A stretch of DNA of 64,000 nt, from positions 6,031,824-6,095,823 of the forward strand of contig OY970368.1 in the NCBI GenBank assembly GCA_963718615.1. Direction: 5' to 3'. The notes beneath the pieces are model-generated. The model was not told the origin of the DNA and did not search any database. It saw only the letters and a program-made list of their open reading frames with translations. The position numbers and the translations under genes were made by a program. Positions 38,307 through 50,404 of this stretch are shown here, piece after piece. Source of the DNA: an uncultured cyanobacterium (GTDB taxonomy: Bacteria; Cyanobacteriota; Cyanobacteriia; PCC-9006; JAAUQQ01). Position 1 is the first letter of the stretch. Every line of letters starts with the position of its first letter.

Positions 38307-39587
38307 ATGACCCCATCCGCTGTAATTCGGCTCGCTCAGGAGGGAGATGCCCAGGCGATTACCCTCTTAATCAATCAGCAGCTTCAACCCAGAGGGATTA
38401 CGGCAAAAACCTCCGTTGAGGGGGAATGCCTGCATATTTTGCTAGAAGGGGCGCAAACGCCTCCCCAGCGCCCTTTGGTGACCTATTTGAGTGATGCCCT
38501 GACTCGACTCTCGGCTCGGTCAATTCAATTGGCCCATATTTACGGTCGCCAGCAGGGCCAGGACGCTTTGGCTTGGTCGGAGACGCTGCCCTTAGGGGAG
38601 GGCTCGCCCGTCTGGGAGGATTTGGCCCTGGAGAATGTCTTAGCCTTTGAGCCTGCGGATGGGGCGTTGCCGCGTTTGTCCCCTGCGCCCGACTCAGGGT
38701 CTGCCCCTGGGCCTCGTGCTAACCCGTCCCGTCGATCCCCGAAAAACTCCACCGTCCTGGGACGTTGTTTTCGCCTTTGGGCCTATTGGCAGTTTGCGAG
38801 CCTAGGGGTAAGTTTTGTGCTGGTCTTTTTGCTGGCGGTGGAGTCCTTGGTCTTTGCGGCGATCGCCCCCGACACCTTTTTCACCAGCCTGCCCGATCTC
38901 TCTTGGAAAACCCTACTGCTTGGCAATCTACCGGGATTTAGCCGGGAGCTGGCGTTGGTTTTGTTGGTGAGCTGCTTTTTCCTGGGGCTGATTCTGGGGG
39001 ATGCTCAAACGGAGGTGCTGCAACAGCGGTTGCGCCGGGTGGGAGGTTGGAAGTGGGCTACGGCGGTGGGGGTGCCCTTGGGGTTGATGGCGGCGATCGC
39101 CCTGCGGTTCTACGGCTATCACGGGGTGGTGGTGCTGATGGGACTATTGCCTTTTTCGGTCGATGCCAGTGTGTTTTTCGGTCTGATTATGCCTGCGCTG
39201 GCGGGGGGACTAGGGTTTTGGGTGTTGGGGCTGTTGCAGTGGCTCACGCTGTCGCGCAAGGTGCCCCGTGCCTATCGTTGGCCTCTGAGTACGTTGGTGA
39301 GTGGGGTGTTCTGTGGCCTTTTGGGCGGGGCAGCGGGAAAAATTTTTACGGACCTAATTGTCAGAGCTCTGGCCTTGGGGGATTTTCCCAATTTACAGGT
39401 GGCGATCGGCCTTTTACTCTCTAGTTTTATTGCCTGGTTGAGTTTCCATGCAATTACGGGAGTGACGATGGCGCGGCTGATTCATCGGACGCCGAAGATT
39501 AAGATGCGGTTGAGACAGCTCGGTCTCCATCAGGTGCCAGTGGCGCTTTCGCAGTCACATCCGCATCCGCCTTTGGAACAAGGATAG
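38307..39587 (+). CDS. Multi-TM membrane protein with soluble N-terminal domain
   Basis: AQEGDAQAITLLIN-type N-terminal domain followed by many hydrophobic helices. Confidence 0.7.
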   Translation: MTPSAVIRLAQEGDAQAITLLINQQLQPRGITAKTSVEGECLHILLEGAQTPPQRPLVTYLSDALTRLSARSIQLAHIYGRQQGQDALAWSETLPLGEGSPVWEDLALENVLAFEPADGALPRLSPAPDSGSAPGPRANPSRRSPKNSTVLGRCFRLWAYWQFASLGVSFVLVFLLAVESLVFAAIAPDTFFTSLPDLSWKTLLLGNLPGFSRELALVLLVSCFFLGLILGDAQTEVLQQRLRRVGGWKWATAVGVPLGLMAAIALRFYGYHGVVVLMGLLPFSVDASVFFGLIMPALAGGLGFWVLGLLQWLTLSRKVPRAYRWPLSTLVSGVFCGLLGGAAGKIFTDLIVRALALGDFPNLQVAIGLLLSSFIAWLSFHAITGVTMARLIHRTPKIKMRLRQLGLHQVPVALSQSHPHPPLEQG

Positions 39588-39688
39588 CCTTCCCCTCCTG
39601 AAGGCGTGGGGATTCCCTCATTCCTCACAAAACTCAGCAGAGCCTTTTCTACAACTCTGCTGAGTTCCAGCGTGACCTGTTTTCTGGG

Positions 39689-41173
39689 CTAAGGCAACTC
39701 CGTACTGCCCATGAGATAGCGATCGCACTCCCGCGCCACCCCACGACCCTCATTAATCGCCCAAACCACAAGACTTTGCCCCCGCCGACAGTCCCCCGCT
39801 GCAAAGACACCCGGTAGGCTCGTCGTAAACTGCTCATGCTCAGCCTTAACGTTGCTGCGGCCATCGCGCTCGACGCCGAGGGACTCGAGTAACGGTTGCT
39901 CCGGACCGAGGAAGCCCATGGCCAGCAGCACCAACTGGGCCGGACGGACCTGCTCCGTACCCGGAACAGGCTTGGGAATAAACCGGCCCTGCTCATCCCG
40001 CTGCCATTCCACAAGGACGGTGTGAACGGCTTTGAGGTGGCCTTGCTCGTCCCCCTCAAACTTCGTCGCCGTGGTGGTATAGGTCCGGGGGTCCGCACCA
40101 AACAGGGCAGCGGCTTCCTCCTGGCCGTAGTCCAGCTTGTAAACCTTGGGCCATTCCGGCCAAGGGTTGTTCGCTGCGCGGGTTTCCGGCGGTTGGGGCA
40201 TGATTTCGAGTTGGGTGACGCTGGTGCAACCGTGACGAATCGACGTGCCGACGCAGTCCGTGCCCGTATCGCCGCCGCCGATGATGATCACATCCTTACC
40301 TGCTGCGGAAATGTAGTCGTTTGTAGGTTTGCCATCCAAAACTGTCCGGGTATTGCCCGTCAGAAACTCCATGGCAAAATGAATGCCCTTCAACTCCCGA
40401 CCTTCGATGGGTAAATCGCGGGGCTTGGTCGCGCCCGTGCAGAGCACCACCGCATCGAATTCATCCAGCAGTTGCTGGGCGGAGAGATCCTTGCCAATCT
40501 CGGTGTTGCAAACAAACGTCACCCCCTCAGCTTCTAGAACATTCAGCCGCCGCATTACCACCTGTTGTTTATCCAACTTCATATTGGGGATGCCGTACAT
40601 CAACAGTCCACCAGGCCGATCGGCCCGTTCATACACCGTCACCCAATGACCAGCGCTATTGAGTTGAGCAGCTGCCGATAATCCCGCAGGACCAGAACCA
40701 ACGATCGCCACCTTTTTCCCCGTTCGTTGCTTGGGCAGCGTTGGCGTGATCCAGCCCGCTTCCCAGCCCTTTTCGGCAATGGAATACTCAATGTTTTTGA
40801 TGGTTACGGGCGGATTAGTAATGCCCAAAACACAGGAGCCTTCGCAGGGCGCGGGGCAAACCCGTCCGGTAAACTCAGGGAAGTTATTGGTGCGGTGCAA
40901 ACGGGCCAAGGCTTCTTCCCAGTGGCCGCGATAGATCAGGTCATTCCACTCGGGGATCAAATTGTTGATCGGGCAACCGCTGGCCATGCCGCTGACCATC
41001 ATTCCCGTATGGCAGAAGGGTGTGCCACAATCCATGCAGCGGGCCGCTTGGGTTTGGAGGCGATCGTCGGGCATATGCAGGTGGAATTCATCCCAATTGC
41101 GAATGCGATCGCTCGGCGAAACCTCTGCTGCGACCTCGCGCAGATACTCCATAAATCCAGTTGCTTTTCCCAT
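39689..41173 (-). CDS. gltD: Glutamate synthase small subunit (NADH-GOGAT)
   Basis: [35 protein letters not shown] and [11 protein letters not shown] motifs. Confidence 0.95.
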   Translation of the reverse strand: MGKATGFMEYLREVAAEVSPSDRIRNWDEFHLHMPDDRLQTQAARCMDCGTPFCHTGMMVSGMASGCPINNLIPEWNDLIYRGHWEEALARLHRTNNFPEFTGRVCPAPCEGSCVLGITNPPVTIKNIEYSIAEKGWEAGWITPTLPKQRTGKKVAIVGSGPAGLSAAAQLNSAGHWVTVYERADRPGGLLMYGIPNMKLDKQQVVMRRLNVLEAEGVTFVCNTEIGKDLSAQQLLDEFDAVVLCTGATKPRDLPIEGRELKGIHFAMEFLTGNTRTVLDGKPTNDYISAAGKDVIIIGGGDTGTDCVGTSIRHGCTSVTQLEIMPQPPETRAANNPWPEWPKVYKLDYGQEEAAALFGADPRTYTTTATKFEGDEQGHLKAVHTVLVEWQRDEQGRFIPKPVPGTEQVRPAQLVLLAMGFLGPEQPLLESLGVERDGRSNVKAEHEQFTTSLPGVFAAGDCRRGQSLVVWAINEGRGVARECDRYLMGSTELP

Positions 41174-41226
41174 GGGTCAATTGAGTCAGATAAAGGGATG
41201 TTGAAAGCGGGTAGGTTAGGTCGTGT

Positions 41227-41321
41227 GTAGGTTGGGTTGAACGGAGTGAAACCCAACAAGCATTAAGCTAGGCATAATCGGGTTTTGCTGTTGGGTTTCG
41301 CAAGGGCTCAACCCAACCTAC
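41227..41321. repeat. REPIN (family 1) between gltB and gltD
   Basis: GTAGGTTGGGTTGAACGGAGTGAAACCCAACA and inverted TGTTGGGTTTCGCAAGGGCTCAACCCAACCTAC. Confidence 0.85.
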
Positions 41322-41341
41322 GGCTCGATGTTTCGGGTGAT

Positions 41342-44300
41342 TTAACCCCCACCAATGCGGGAGACGTCGCGGGCGTTTTCTTCAAAGGCCGCAGACAGGG
41401 CTTCATCGCCGCTAAGGCCGTTGGCCAGGGCGGTTTTGATATGTTGCAAGACCCGTTTGTAATCGCGGGGCATGACCCGCACAAACTGCGCCACCAGGGT
41501 TTCCCAATGGGCTAACACTTGGGCCGCTTTGGTACTGCCGGTATAGTCCGAATGGCGCTGAATGAGGGCCTGTAAATCGCGAATTTCTTCGGGATCTTCG
41601 AGCTTTTCTAACTCCACCATTTGGGCATTGCAGCGAGTGGCAAAATCGCCGGTTTCATCCAGGATGTAGGCAACGCCACCGCTCATCCCCGCCGCAAAGT
41701 TTCGCCCGGTTTGGCCCAAAACCACGACCTTGCCACCGGTCATGTATTCGCAACCATGGTCGCCCACGGCTTCGACAACGGCTTCCACGCCGGAGTTGCG
41801 TACGCAGAACCGTTCACCTGCCATACCGCGAATGTAGGCTTCGCCGCCCGTAGCTCCGTAGAAGGCGACGTTGCCGACGATGATGTTTTCCTCGGGAACA
41901 AACGTGGACGCCTTGTCCGGGTAGAGAATCAGCTTGCCCCCGCTGAGGCCCTTGCCAAAGTAGTCGTTGGCATCACCCTCTAGTTCCAGTGTCACGCCAC
42001 GGGGGACGAAGGCTCCAAAGCTCTGACCGGCGCTGCCTTGGAAATGCAGATGGATGGTATCGTCGGGCAGTCCTTCCCAATAACGCTTGGTGATTTCGTT
42101 GCCGAGGACCGTACCGACGACGCGGTTGATGTTTTGGATGGGGAGCTTGGCGCTGACTTTTTCGCCTCGGGCGATCGCCGGTTCGCACAGATCCAGCAGC
42201 GTGGTCATGTCGAGCGATCGCTCAATGCCATGGTCCTGGGGAATCTGACAATAGCGCCCCACCTCGGGACCCGCTTCGGGTTGATAGAGAATCTTCGAGA
42301 CATCAATGCCCTTGGCTTTCCAGTGGTCCACCGCTTGACGGGGTTCCAAAACCTCAGTCCGGCCCACCATCTCGTTAATGGTTTGGAAGCCCAACTCAGC
42401 CATGATTTCCCGCAACTCCATGGCGATAAAGCGCATGAAATTAACGGTGTGGGCCGGGTCGCCGGTAAACTTGGCCCGCAGTTCAGGATCCTGGGTTGCT
42501 ACACCAACAGGACAGGTGTTTTTGTGGCAAACACGCATCATGATGCAGCCGAGGGTGACCAGGGGCGCGGTGGCAAAACCGTATTCCTCTGCACCGAGGA
42601 GCGTGGCGATCGCCACATCTCGTCCGGTTTTCATCTGTCCATCGGTTTCCACGGCAATGCGGCTGCGCAGATTGTTCAGCACTAGGGTTTGGTGGGTTTC
42701 TGCAAGGCCCAGTTCCCAGGGTAGGCCAGCGTGCTTAATCGAAGTCTGGGGCGAGGCTCCGGTGCCACCGTCGTAGCCCGAGATGAGGACCACATCGGCG
42801 TGGGCTTTTGCAACCCCAGCGGCGATCGTTCCCACCCCCACTTCCGACACCAGCTTGACGCTGACGCGGGCTTCGCGATTGGCGTTTTTGAGGTCGTGGA
42901 TCAGTTCTGCTAAGTCTTCGATCGAGTAGATATCGTGGTGGGGCGGTGGCGAAATCAATCCCACACCGGGGGTAGAGTGGCGCACCTTGGCAATCCAGGG
43001 ATAGACCTTTTGCCCCGGCAACTGACCGCCTTCACCGGGTTTTGCGCCCTGGGCCATTTTGATCTGCAACTCCCGCGCTTGGGAGAGATACAAACTGGTG
43101 ACGCCAAACCGCCCGGAAGCCACCTGTTTAATGGCGCTATTCTTCGAGTCGCCCTGGTCGTTGGTCCAGGTGTAGCGTTCCGGGTCCTCGCCGCCTTCCC
43201 CTGTGTTCGACTTGCCGCCGATGCGGTTCATGGCGATCGCCAGGGCCTCATGGGCCTCCTTGGAAATTGAGCCGTAGCTCATCGCCCCGGTTTTAAACCG
43301 ACTCATGATTGCTTCAATCGGTTCGACTTGATCCAGGGGAATGGGCTCGCGGGCTTTGAATTCCAGCAGGTCCCGAATCCGGAAAAACTGCTTACCGTGC
43401 TCGTTCACCTTGGCAGAATACTGCTTGTACAACTCGTAGTTATCTTCTCGCACCGCCCGCTGGAGCAGGTGAATGGTTTCCGGTGAAAACAGGTGAGCTT
43501 CGCCATCCTTACGCCACTGGTATTCGCCACCCACTTCCAGGGTAGGATTGAGCGGGTCGCGATCGCTAAACCCTTGGTGATAGCGCTGAATCGCCTCATC
43601 GATAATGGCTTCTAGATCAGCGCCTTCGAGCCGGGATGCGGTCCAGGTAAAGTAGCGATCGACAACGCTGCTCTGCAAGCCAATCGCCTCAAAAATCTGG
43701 GCACCGCGATAGCTCTGGATCGTCGAGATCCCGATCTTCGAGCCAATTTTTACAACCCCTTTGGTCACCGCCTTGATAAAGTTTTTGTGGGCTGTTTTTG
43801 CATCAACCCCTGTCAGAATTGTCTGGTCAATCAACGCATCAATACTTTCAAAGGCAAGGTAAGGATTGATTGCACCGCAACCGTAGCCAATTAGCGTGGC
43901 AAAGTGATGCACCTCGCGGGGTTCGCCGGATTCGAGGACAAGACCGACGCGGGTACGGCTGCCATTGCGGATCAGATGGTGATGCAACCCGGCGACGGCG
44001 AGTAAGGCAGGGATAGGCGCTTGGCTAGGGCTGATATTGCGATCGCTCAGGATCACAATACTCGTCCCTTGGGCGATCGCTTGATCTGCCTGCTCACACA
44101 GGACTGCCATCGCCGCTTCCACTCCAGCGGCCCCCTGGCTCGGGTCAAACAAAATCGGCAACGTCACCGCAGGAAAGCCGGGAGCCTGTTGTAATTGAGC
44201 CAGTTGCTCGTTGGTCAGAATCGGTGTGTTGAGCTTGATCAGCCGGCAGCTTTCCGGTTGCGGATTCAACAAATTGCCTTCTGCTCCAATCGTCGTCACG

Positions 44301-45958
44301 GCTGAGGTGATGATCTCTTCCCGAATCGAATCGATGGGCGGGTTCGTAACCTGGGCGAAAAGTTGCTGAAAATAGTCGTAGAGCAGTTTGGGTCGATTCG
44401 ACAACACCGCCAACGGCGTATCCGTTCCCATGGCCCCCACGGCCTCGACCCCGTTTTGAGCCAGGGGGGTCAGCAACAATCGTAATTCTTCAAACGTATA
44501 CCCAAAGGCCCGTTGACGCTGGTGCAATGATGCACCGCCGGACAAATCCGGCAGGGACGAACCGCCGTTCGTTCCTACGGCAGGGGGCAAATCGTCTAGG
44601 GAAACCAAATTTTGATCTAACCATTCCCGGTAGGGCTGTTGCGTTGCGATCTGTTGCTTGATCTCCGCGTCATCGACGATCCGGCCCTGGTCCATATCCA
44701 CCAGAAACATCCGACCGGGCTCCAGCCGCCCTTTGCGTGCCACCCGCTCCGGTTCGATGGGCAACACCCCTGCCTCCGAGGCCATGATCACCAAATCGTC
44801 CTTGGTGACGTAGTAGCGCGAAGGCCGCAAGCCATTGCGATCCAGAACGGCCCCCATCATCGTGCCATCGGTAAAGGCAATCGAGGCTGGACCATCCCAG
44901 GGTTCCATCAAACAGGAATGATACTCATAAAACGCCTTCTTCGCGGGGTCCATGGACTCGTGGCCCGTCCAGGGTTCCGGGATCATCATCATCACTGCGT
45001 GGGGGAGCGATCGCCCGGACAAAACCATCAACTCCAGCGTATTGTCAAAAATCCCCGAGTCACTGCCCTCAATATTGATCACCGGCTGCAGCTTCGCCAT
45101 GTCCGACCCAAACAGCTCCGAGTCAAACATCGACTGCCGTGCATGCATCCAGTTGATATTGCCCCGTAGGGTGTTGATTTCGCCGTTGTGGGCGACGTAG
45201 CGGTAGGGGTGCGATCGCTCCCAGCTCGGGAAGGTATTCGTACTAAAGCGGGAGTGAACCAACCCCAAGGCACTCTCAAAATCGGGATCGCTCAGGTCTG
45301 GATAGTAAGCCTTGACCTGGGGGGGCATCAGCATCCCCTTATAGACAATCGTCCGGCAGGAGAGGCTGCTGGGATACCAGTAGGGGTCGAGGCCCGTGGT
45401 GCGGATGACATTGTGCGATCGCTTGCGAATCACAAAGAGCTTGCGCTCAAAGGCCAGATCATCGCTTAAGCCATCGGCCAAGTCTCCACTGCGCAGAATA
45501 AACACCTGCTGCATAAAGGGCTCACTCGCCTTGGCGGTGTCTCCAAGGCTGCTGTTGTCCGTCGGCACATCCCGCCAGCCCAGGACCTTCTGGCCTTCCG
45601 CCGCAACAATCTGCTCAAAGGCCTCTCGGCCCTGCTGCCGCTGGACAGGATCCGGAGAGCTGTAGACCATGCCCACGCCATACTGACCCGGATCCGGCAG
45701 ATCGATCCCCTGGGCCGCTGCGGCTTTCTGCATGAAGCGATGGGGCATCTGGGTGAGGATCCCGGCTCCATCGCCGGTATTGGGTTCGGCACCCACAGCG
45801 CCGCGATGTTCTAGGTTGACAAGGATAGTTAGGGCCTGTTCGACGATGTCATGCGATCGCACTCCCTTCATCTGCACAATAAAGCCAACGCCACAGGCGT
45901 CATGCTCAAACTGCGGATCGTAAAGGCCCTGTTTGGCGGGGGAAACGGTTCTAATCAT
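41342..45958 (-). CDS. gltB: Glutamate synthase large subunit
   Basis: [30 protein letters not shown] and [12 protein letters not shown] motifs. Start 45958 or 46009. Confidence 0.95.
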   Translation of the reverse strand: MIRTVSPAKQGLYDPQFEHDACGVGFIVQMKGVRSHDIVEQALTILVNLEHRGAVGAEPNTGDGAGILTQMPHRFMQKAAAAQGIDLPDPGQYGVGMVYSSPDPVQRQQGREAFEQIVAAEGQKVLGWRDVPTDNSSLGDTAKASEPFMQQVFILRSGDLADGLSDDLAFERKLFVIRKRSHNVIRTTGLDPYWYPSSLSCRTIVYKGMLMPPQVKAYYPDLSDPDFESALGLVHSRFSTNTFPSWERSHPYRYVAHNGEINTLRGNINWMHARQSMFDSELFGSDMAKLQPVINIEGSDSGIFDNTLELMVLSGRSLPHAVMMMIPEPWTGHESMDPAKKAFYEYHSCLMEPWDGPASIAFTDGTMMGAVLDRNGLRPSRYYVTKDDLVIMASEAGVLPIEPERVARKGRLEPGRMFLVDMDQGRIVDDAEIKQQIATQQPYREWLDQNLVSLDDLPPAVGTNGGSSLPDLSGGASLHQRQRAFGYTFEELRLLLTPLAQNGVEAVGAMGTDTPLAVLSNRPKLLYDYFQQLFAQVTNPPIDSIREEIITSAVTTIGAEGNLLNPQPESCRLIKLNTPILTNEQLAQLQQAPGFPAVTLPILFDPSQGAAGVEAAMAVLCEQADQAIAQGTSIVILSDRNISPSQAPIPALLAVAGLHHHLIRNGSRTRVGLVLESGEPREVHHFATLIGYGCGAINPYLAFESIDALIDQTILTGVDAKTAHKNFIKAVTKGVVKIGSKIGISTIQSYRGAQIFEAIGLQSSVVDRYFTWTASRLEGADLEAIIDEAIQRYHQGFSDRDPLNPTLEVGGEYQWRKDGEAHLFSPETIHLLQRAVREDNYELYKQYSAKVNEHGKQFFRIRDLLEFKAREPIPLDQVEPIEAIMSRFKTGAMSYGSISKEAHEALAIAMNRIGGKSNTGEGGEDPERYTWTNDQGDSKNSAIKQVASGRFGVTSLYLSQARELQIKMAQGAKPGEGGQLPGQKVYPWIAKVRHSTPGVGLISPPPHHDIYSIEDLAELIHDLKNANREARVSVKLVSEVGVGTIAAGVAKAHADVVLISGYDGGTGASPQTSIKHAGLPWELGLAETHQTLVLNNLRSRIAVETDGQMKTGRDVAIATLLGAEEYGFATAPLVTLGCIMMRVCHKNTCPVGVATQDPELRAKFTGDPAHTVNFMRFIAMELREIMAELGFQTINEMVGRTEVLEPRQAVDHWKAKGIDVSKILYQPEAGPEVGRYCQIPQDHGIERSLDMTTLLDLCEPAIARGEKVSAKLPIQNINRVVGTVLGNEITKRYWEGLPDDTIHLHFQGSAGQSFGAFVPRGVTLELEGDANDYFGKGLSGGKLILYPDKASTFVPEENIIVGNVAFYGATGGEAYIRGMAGERFCVRNSGVEAVVEAVGDHGCEYMTGGKVVVLGQTGRNFAAGMSGGVAYILDETGDFATRCNAQMVELEKLEDPEEIRDLQALIQRHSDYTGSTKAAQVLAHWETLVAQFVRVMPRDYKRVLQHIKTALANGLSGDEALSAAFEENARDVSRIGGG

Positions 45959-46385
45959 TGAAGGAAGGTCAGCGATAGGTCTGGAGGGGAGATGCTTACC
46001 AGCGAGCACCTCGGAGAAATGGCTGCAAGGGTCGGACCTGAAATGGCAAGGATTGCGATGACAGGGAATGAGTCAGGTTATCTAGGTTAGGGTGGTCTGG
46101 GAAAGTAAGGGATCCGTATCTCTTAAGAAAATCGTCAGATCCGACTCACGCTATAGGCAATGCTTCTTAGCATTTCTTTGCGTTCCGCTGTAAGGTATCG
46201 AAATACGTCCGGTTTGTGATAAGGAGTCAGGGTAGTCGATCGCGCTTCTTTCATCAAGGCCCTATCGCAGCGTTACAGGCAACACAGTTACAGGCAACAC
46301 AACTGTTCTCGGTTGAGCTTGCGGGAGCGTTGAGCATGGGGAGTCAGCGCTACGATATAAAATCCACAAGGTATTCAATCCGGAT

Positions 46386-47888
46386 TCAACAGCCTTGGGC
46401 CGGAGCAGATTGATATGCATATCTAATCTCCACTCCTGACCATTCACTAAATTCCCTCGCAATCCGCTCGATATCGCAGGAAGGACAAACAATCTCACAT
46501 ATATCTTGAGACACATTTACGAATGTGAGTTTATAAGGAACTGATTCATGGGTTTTATGGACACAAACACGAAGATTGTTATATTTTTTCGGTCTGAGGA
46601 TATTTTTTCGTTCTGTTCCTCGTTTTTCTAGGATTGCCATTCGAAAACTAACTAGGTTTTGTTGTTCAAAAACTTTTTCCTCAACTTTCTCAATTGTAAT
46701 CTGATGAATTAGGGGATATTTTATTTTGCCCGTTGTTTGTAAGCGCCAATTTGACCATTTCTCCCAGAGCCCTTGTAATCCCCCCAGGACCAACAGTTCT
46801 ATTAAATAGAGAACAAATATGCTTATAGATACCTTCACAATCAAAACAAGCATAATTGGTAGTAAACAGAGTATCGAAGCTACCATGAAACATCCGATAA
46901 ATTGAGCTGATTCACTTGGAGTTTCTGGTGATACTGGCGGATCAAACAGCAGGTTTGAATCTTTCCTTAAGGCTTTTGTGATAATACGAAAATAAGTCGC
47001 GTTCGATTCGATAATGCTAGTTTCGTTGACTCCGAACGTCTCTTGAATGTGAATAGGTATAGCCTTCCTCTCTGCAATGAGAGAATCCAAAAACATTTCT
47101 GCACTAGCCGCATCTTGTGGACGGTCGTGGGGGGAAGCTGAACAGAGATTTGTCAGCCAAACTTGCAAGCTACCGCTCAACTCAGGCTGAAGCTGGGTCG
47201 TCAATGAACCATCGATAATATCAAGCTCGGCGGGCGATCGCCCCGTCGCCGCATGTAACAATGTTGCCCCCAACGCATACAAATCAGAAGCAGGAAATGC
47301 ATGGCCACCAAACTGCTCCGGTGGCATATAGCCGTAGGTCCCCACAATCGTAATTGTGCTACCTTGGTGAGCCGCTAACGTCTGCACCGAGCCGAAATCG
47401 ACTAGATAAACCTTTCCGGGAGAATGGGCCGAGCGATCGCCCAAGAGAATATTGCTCGGCTTGATATCTCGATGAATAACAGGCGGAGACAAACGATGTA
47501 GATAGTCCAAAATCCCTAACAAATCTCTGGCAATCCGCTTTAGGTCTTCTTCACTGAAACGACGCCCCAATTGTATGTGACGTTCTAGGGAGGGCTCCTC
47601 AATGTAGCTTTGAACAAGGGCAAAGTATTGACGCTGTTGGATACTGAATTCAAAGAAATCGAGATATTGAGGAATTTGGGGATGCTGAAGGGATTTTAGT
47701 GTCTCAGCTTCCCGCTCAAAGAGTTTGAGATCATCCCAAGTGAACTCGTCGCTGAAGCTGAGGAGTTTGATCACGACGTTGGTGTGCGATCGCAAATCCT
47801 CCGCCAGCAGCGTTCTTCGCCCAGCTTTTCGTCCCAGTTCAGCAACGATTTGGTAGTGTTCTTGAATGCGATCGCCTGCCCTCAACAT
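46386..47888 (-). CDS. Hanks-type Ser/Thr kinase with TM hairpin and C-terminal domain (copy 1)
   Basis: HRDIKPSN, DFG and GTYGYMPPEQ motifs. GGAG RBS before MLRAG. Confidence 0.9.
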   Translation of the reverse strand: MLRAGDRIQEHYQIVAELGRKAGRRTLLAEDLRSHTNVVIKLLSFSDEFTWDDLKLFEREAETLKSLQHPQIPQYLDFFEFSIQQRQYFALVQSYIEEPSLERHIQLGRRFSEEDLKRIARDLLGILDYLHRLSPPVIHRDIKPSNILLGDRSAHSPGKVYLVDFGSVQTLAAHQGSTITIVGTYGYMPPEQFGGHAFPASDLYALGATLLHAATGRSPAELDIIDGSLTTQLQPELSGSLQVWLTNLCSASPHDRPQDAASAEMFLDSLIAERKAIPIHIQETFGVNETSIIESNATYFRIITKALRKDSNLLFDPPVSPETPSESAQFIGCFMVASILCLLPIMLVLIVKVSISIFVLYLIELLVLGGLQGLWEKWSNWRLQTTGKIKYPLIHQITIEKVEEKVFEQQNLVSFRMAILEKRGTERKNILRPKKYNNLRVCVHKTHESVPYKLTFVNVSQDICEIVCPSCDIERIAREFSEWSGVEIRYAYQSAPAQGC

Positions 47889-48053
47889 CTTAAAGCTCCA
47901 CTTACTCTCAATGAGCCTGGGGTCTATCTGCAAGGAGCAATGGTTTTATTCATTTGGTGTTGATCTTGGTTTTAGAGGAGTCGGTCTATCGCGGGTTTGG
48001 CCGTTTTCAGGGCAGTGAGTCTACAGCCTATTGGTCCCATCCTATTTTTGAGA

Positions 48054-49547
48054 TCAAGCCGAACTACCGCCATATGAATATCTAATCTCCACCCCAGACC
48101 ATTCACTAAACTCCCTAGCAATCCGCTCGATATCCCAAGAAGAACCAATAATTTCACATATGTCTTGAGATTGATTGCGCTTTTCGAAGTTTATAAATTT
48201 GAGTTTATAAGGAACTGACTCATGGGTTTTACAAACACAGATACAAAGATTTCTGTAATTTTTTGATCTAAAAATATTTTTTTGTTCTTCTCCTCTCTTT
48301 TCCAGAATTACTATTCGAAAATTAATTAGGTTTTGTTTTTCAGAAATTCTTTCCTCGACTTTCTTGATTGTGATTTGATGAATTGCAGGATATTTTATTT
48401 TGCCCGTTATTTCCGAGCAAATACCTGACAAGACAACCAAGGCAAGCATCACTCCAACTAGACCGATGACTCCTATCAAAAAACTATCAAATAGGCTCAT
48501 GGATTCCGCAAGTATAGCTATTACAAAGAATAGCAAAAGTAAAATAAAAATCCCGAAGCATGTAGACAATTCACTTGGGGTTTCTGGTGATTCTGGGAGG
48601 TTAGAAAGCGGAATTGCATCTTTCTCTAAGTCTTTTGTGATGATACAAAAACAAGTCGCGTTCGATTCGATAATGCTAGTTTCGTTGAGTCCGAACGTCT
48701 CTTGAATATGAATAGGTATAGCCTTCCTCTCTGCAATGAGAGAATCCAAAAACATTTCTGCACTAGCCGCATCTTGTGGACGGTCGTGGGGGGAAGCTGA
48801 ACAGAGATTTGTCAGCCAAACTTGCAAGCTACCGCTCAACTCAGGCTGAAGCTGGGTCGTCAATGAACCATCGATAATATCAAGCTCGGCGGGCGATCGC
48901 CCCGTCGCCGCATGTAACAATGTTGCCCCCAACGCATACAAATCAGAAGCAGGAAATGCATGACCACCAAACTGCTCCGGTGGCATATAGCCGTAGGTCC
49001 CCACAACGGTAATCGTGCTACCTTGGTGAGCCGCTAGCGTCTGCACCGAGCCGAAATCAACCAGGTAAACTTTTCCGGGAGAATGGGCAGAGCGATCGCC
49101 CAAGAGAATGTTGCTCGGCTTGATATCTCGATGAATAACAGGCGGAGACAAACGATGTAGATAGTCCAAAATCCCTAACAAATCTCTGGCAATCCGCTTT
49201 AGGTCTTCTTCACTGAAACGACGCCCCAATTGTATATGCCGTTCGAGGGAGGGCTCCTCAATGTAGCTTTGGACGAGGGCAAAGTATTGACGCTGTTGAA
49301 TACTGAATTCAAAGAAATCGAGATATTGGGGAATTTGGGGATGCTGAAGAGATTTCAACGTCTCAGCTTCTCGCTCAAAGAGTTTGAGATCATCCCAAGT
49401 GAACTCGTCGCTGAAGCTGAGGAGTTTGATCACGACGTTGGTGTGCGATCGCAAATCCTCTACCAGCAGGGTTCTGCGTCCAATTTTTCGTCCCAGCTCA
49501 GCAATGATTTGGTAGTGTTCTTGAATGCGATCGCCTGCCCTCAACAT
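48054..49547 (-). CDS. Hanks-type Ser/Thr kinase with TM hairpin and C-terminal domain (copy 2)
   Basis: Same motifs; tandem paralog of 46386..47888. Confidence 0.9.
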   Translation of the reverse strand: MLRAGDRIQEHYQIIAELGRKIGRRTLLVEDLRSHTNVVIKLLSFSDEFTWDDLKLFEREAETLKSLQHPQIPQYLDFFEFSIQQRQYFALVQSYIEEPSLERHIQLGRRFSEEDLKRIARDLLGILDYLHRLSPPVIHRDIKPSNILLGDRSAHSPGKVYLVDFGSVQTLAAHQGSTITVVGTYGYMPPEQFGGHAFPASDLYALGATLLHAATGRSPAELDIIDGSLTTQLQPELSGSLQVWLTNLCSASPHDRPQDAASAEMFLDSLIAERKAIPIHIQETFGLNETSIIESNATCFCIITKDLEKDAIPLSNLPESPETPSELSTCFGIFILLLLFFVIAILAESMSLFDSFLIGVIGLVGVMLALVVLSGICSEITGKIKYPAIHQITIKKVEERISEKQNLINFRIVILEKRGEEQKNIFRSKNYRNLCICVCKTHESVPYKLKFINFEKRNQSQDICEIIGSSWDIERIAREFSEWSGVEIRYSYGGSSA

Positions 49548-49735
49548 CTTGAAGCTCCACTGAATCTCCATGAGCCTCAGGTCTATCAGCTAGGGGCGGT
49601 GGTTTTATTCATTCGCTTCTCTAAATATGATTAGCTGCCCAAGTTCTCGCGATCGCTTCCTACATCTCAAAAGTCTTCAAGCAAATCCAGTTCAGTTGCG
49701 ATCGCCCCAGAAACAGTACAAGCGATCGTGCTAAC

Positions 49736-50365
49736 ATGAAATCCAGTCGCAACATCTGCAACGAGGAATTGGCGATGACGGTTACCACTGTCCCCATGAG
49801 CCTAGAAGAATATCTGGCCTATGACGATGGCACAGATCGCCGCTATGAACTAGTTGATGGGGTTTTAGTCGAGATGGGGGCGGAAACGGATGTCAATATT
49901 CAGATTGCGAATTTTTTGTTTGCCTATTTCCTGAGCCTAGGTGTGCCCCATTATTTGCTGACTTCAAAAACCGAGATTGTCGTCCGTAGCCGCTTGGCGA
50001 AGACGCGGTATCCAGATTTGATGATTAAGACAGAGGCACTGGATGCCGCCATGCCACGGTCGAATCGCTCCATTGTGCTGCCAGAAATGCCTGTCCCTCA
50101 ACTGGTGATTGAGGTGGTTTCTCCCGGTGAACCGGGGGATGAAAATTATGATCGAGATTATGTGGAAAAGCGGCGGGAGTACGCTCAGCGAGGGATTCCG
50201 GAATACTGGATCATTGACCCGACCCGTGTAATGGTGTTGATCTTGGTTTTAGAGGCGTCGGCTTATCGGGAATTGGGCTGGTTTCAGGGGGCAGACCAGT
50301 TGGTTTCGCCCAGTTTTACGACACTGGCGCTGACGGCGGAGCAGGTGTTGCGGGCGGGGCGATGA
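49736..50365 (+). CDS. Uma2-family endonuclease
   Basis: RYELVDG, RYPDL, LVIEVVSPG and GIPEYWIIDP motifs. Start may be 49775. Confidence 0.9.
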   Translation: MKSSRNICNEELAMTVTTVPMSLEEYLAYDDGTDRRYELVDGVLVEMGAETDVNIQIANFLFAYFLSLGVPHYLLTSKTEIVVRSRLAKTRYPDLMIKTEALDAAMPRSNRSIVLPEMPVPQLVIEVVSPGEPGDENYDRDYVEKRREYAQRGIPEYWIIDPTRVMVLILVLEASAYRELGWFQGADQLVSPSFTTLALTAEQVLRAGR

Positions 50366-50404
50366 GCCTACAGCTCAATCATCTCCAAATCAATCATCTT
50401 CAAA

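Noticed and set aside
41621-45923. Many antisense or alternate-frame ORFs over gltB and other long genes
   Set aside because: Shadow ORFs expected from GC-rich codon usage; no recognisable motifs.
46386-49547. Kinase C-termini as DGR variable repeats
   Set aside because: Differences include many indels and all codon positions, with no NNC/NNT pattern or shared 3' tail and hairpin.
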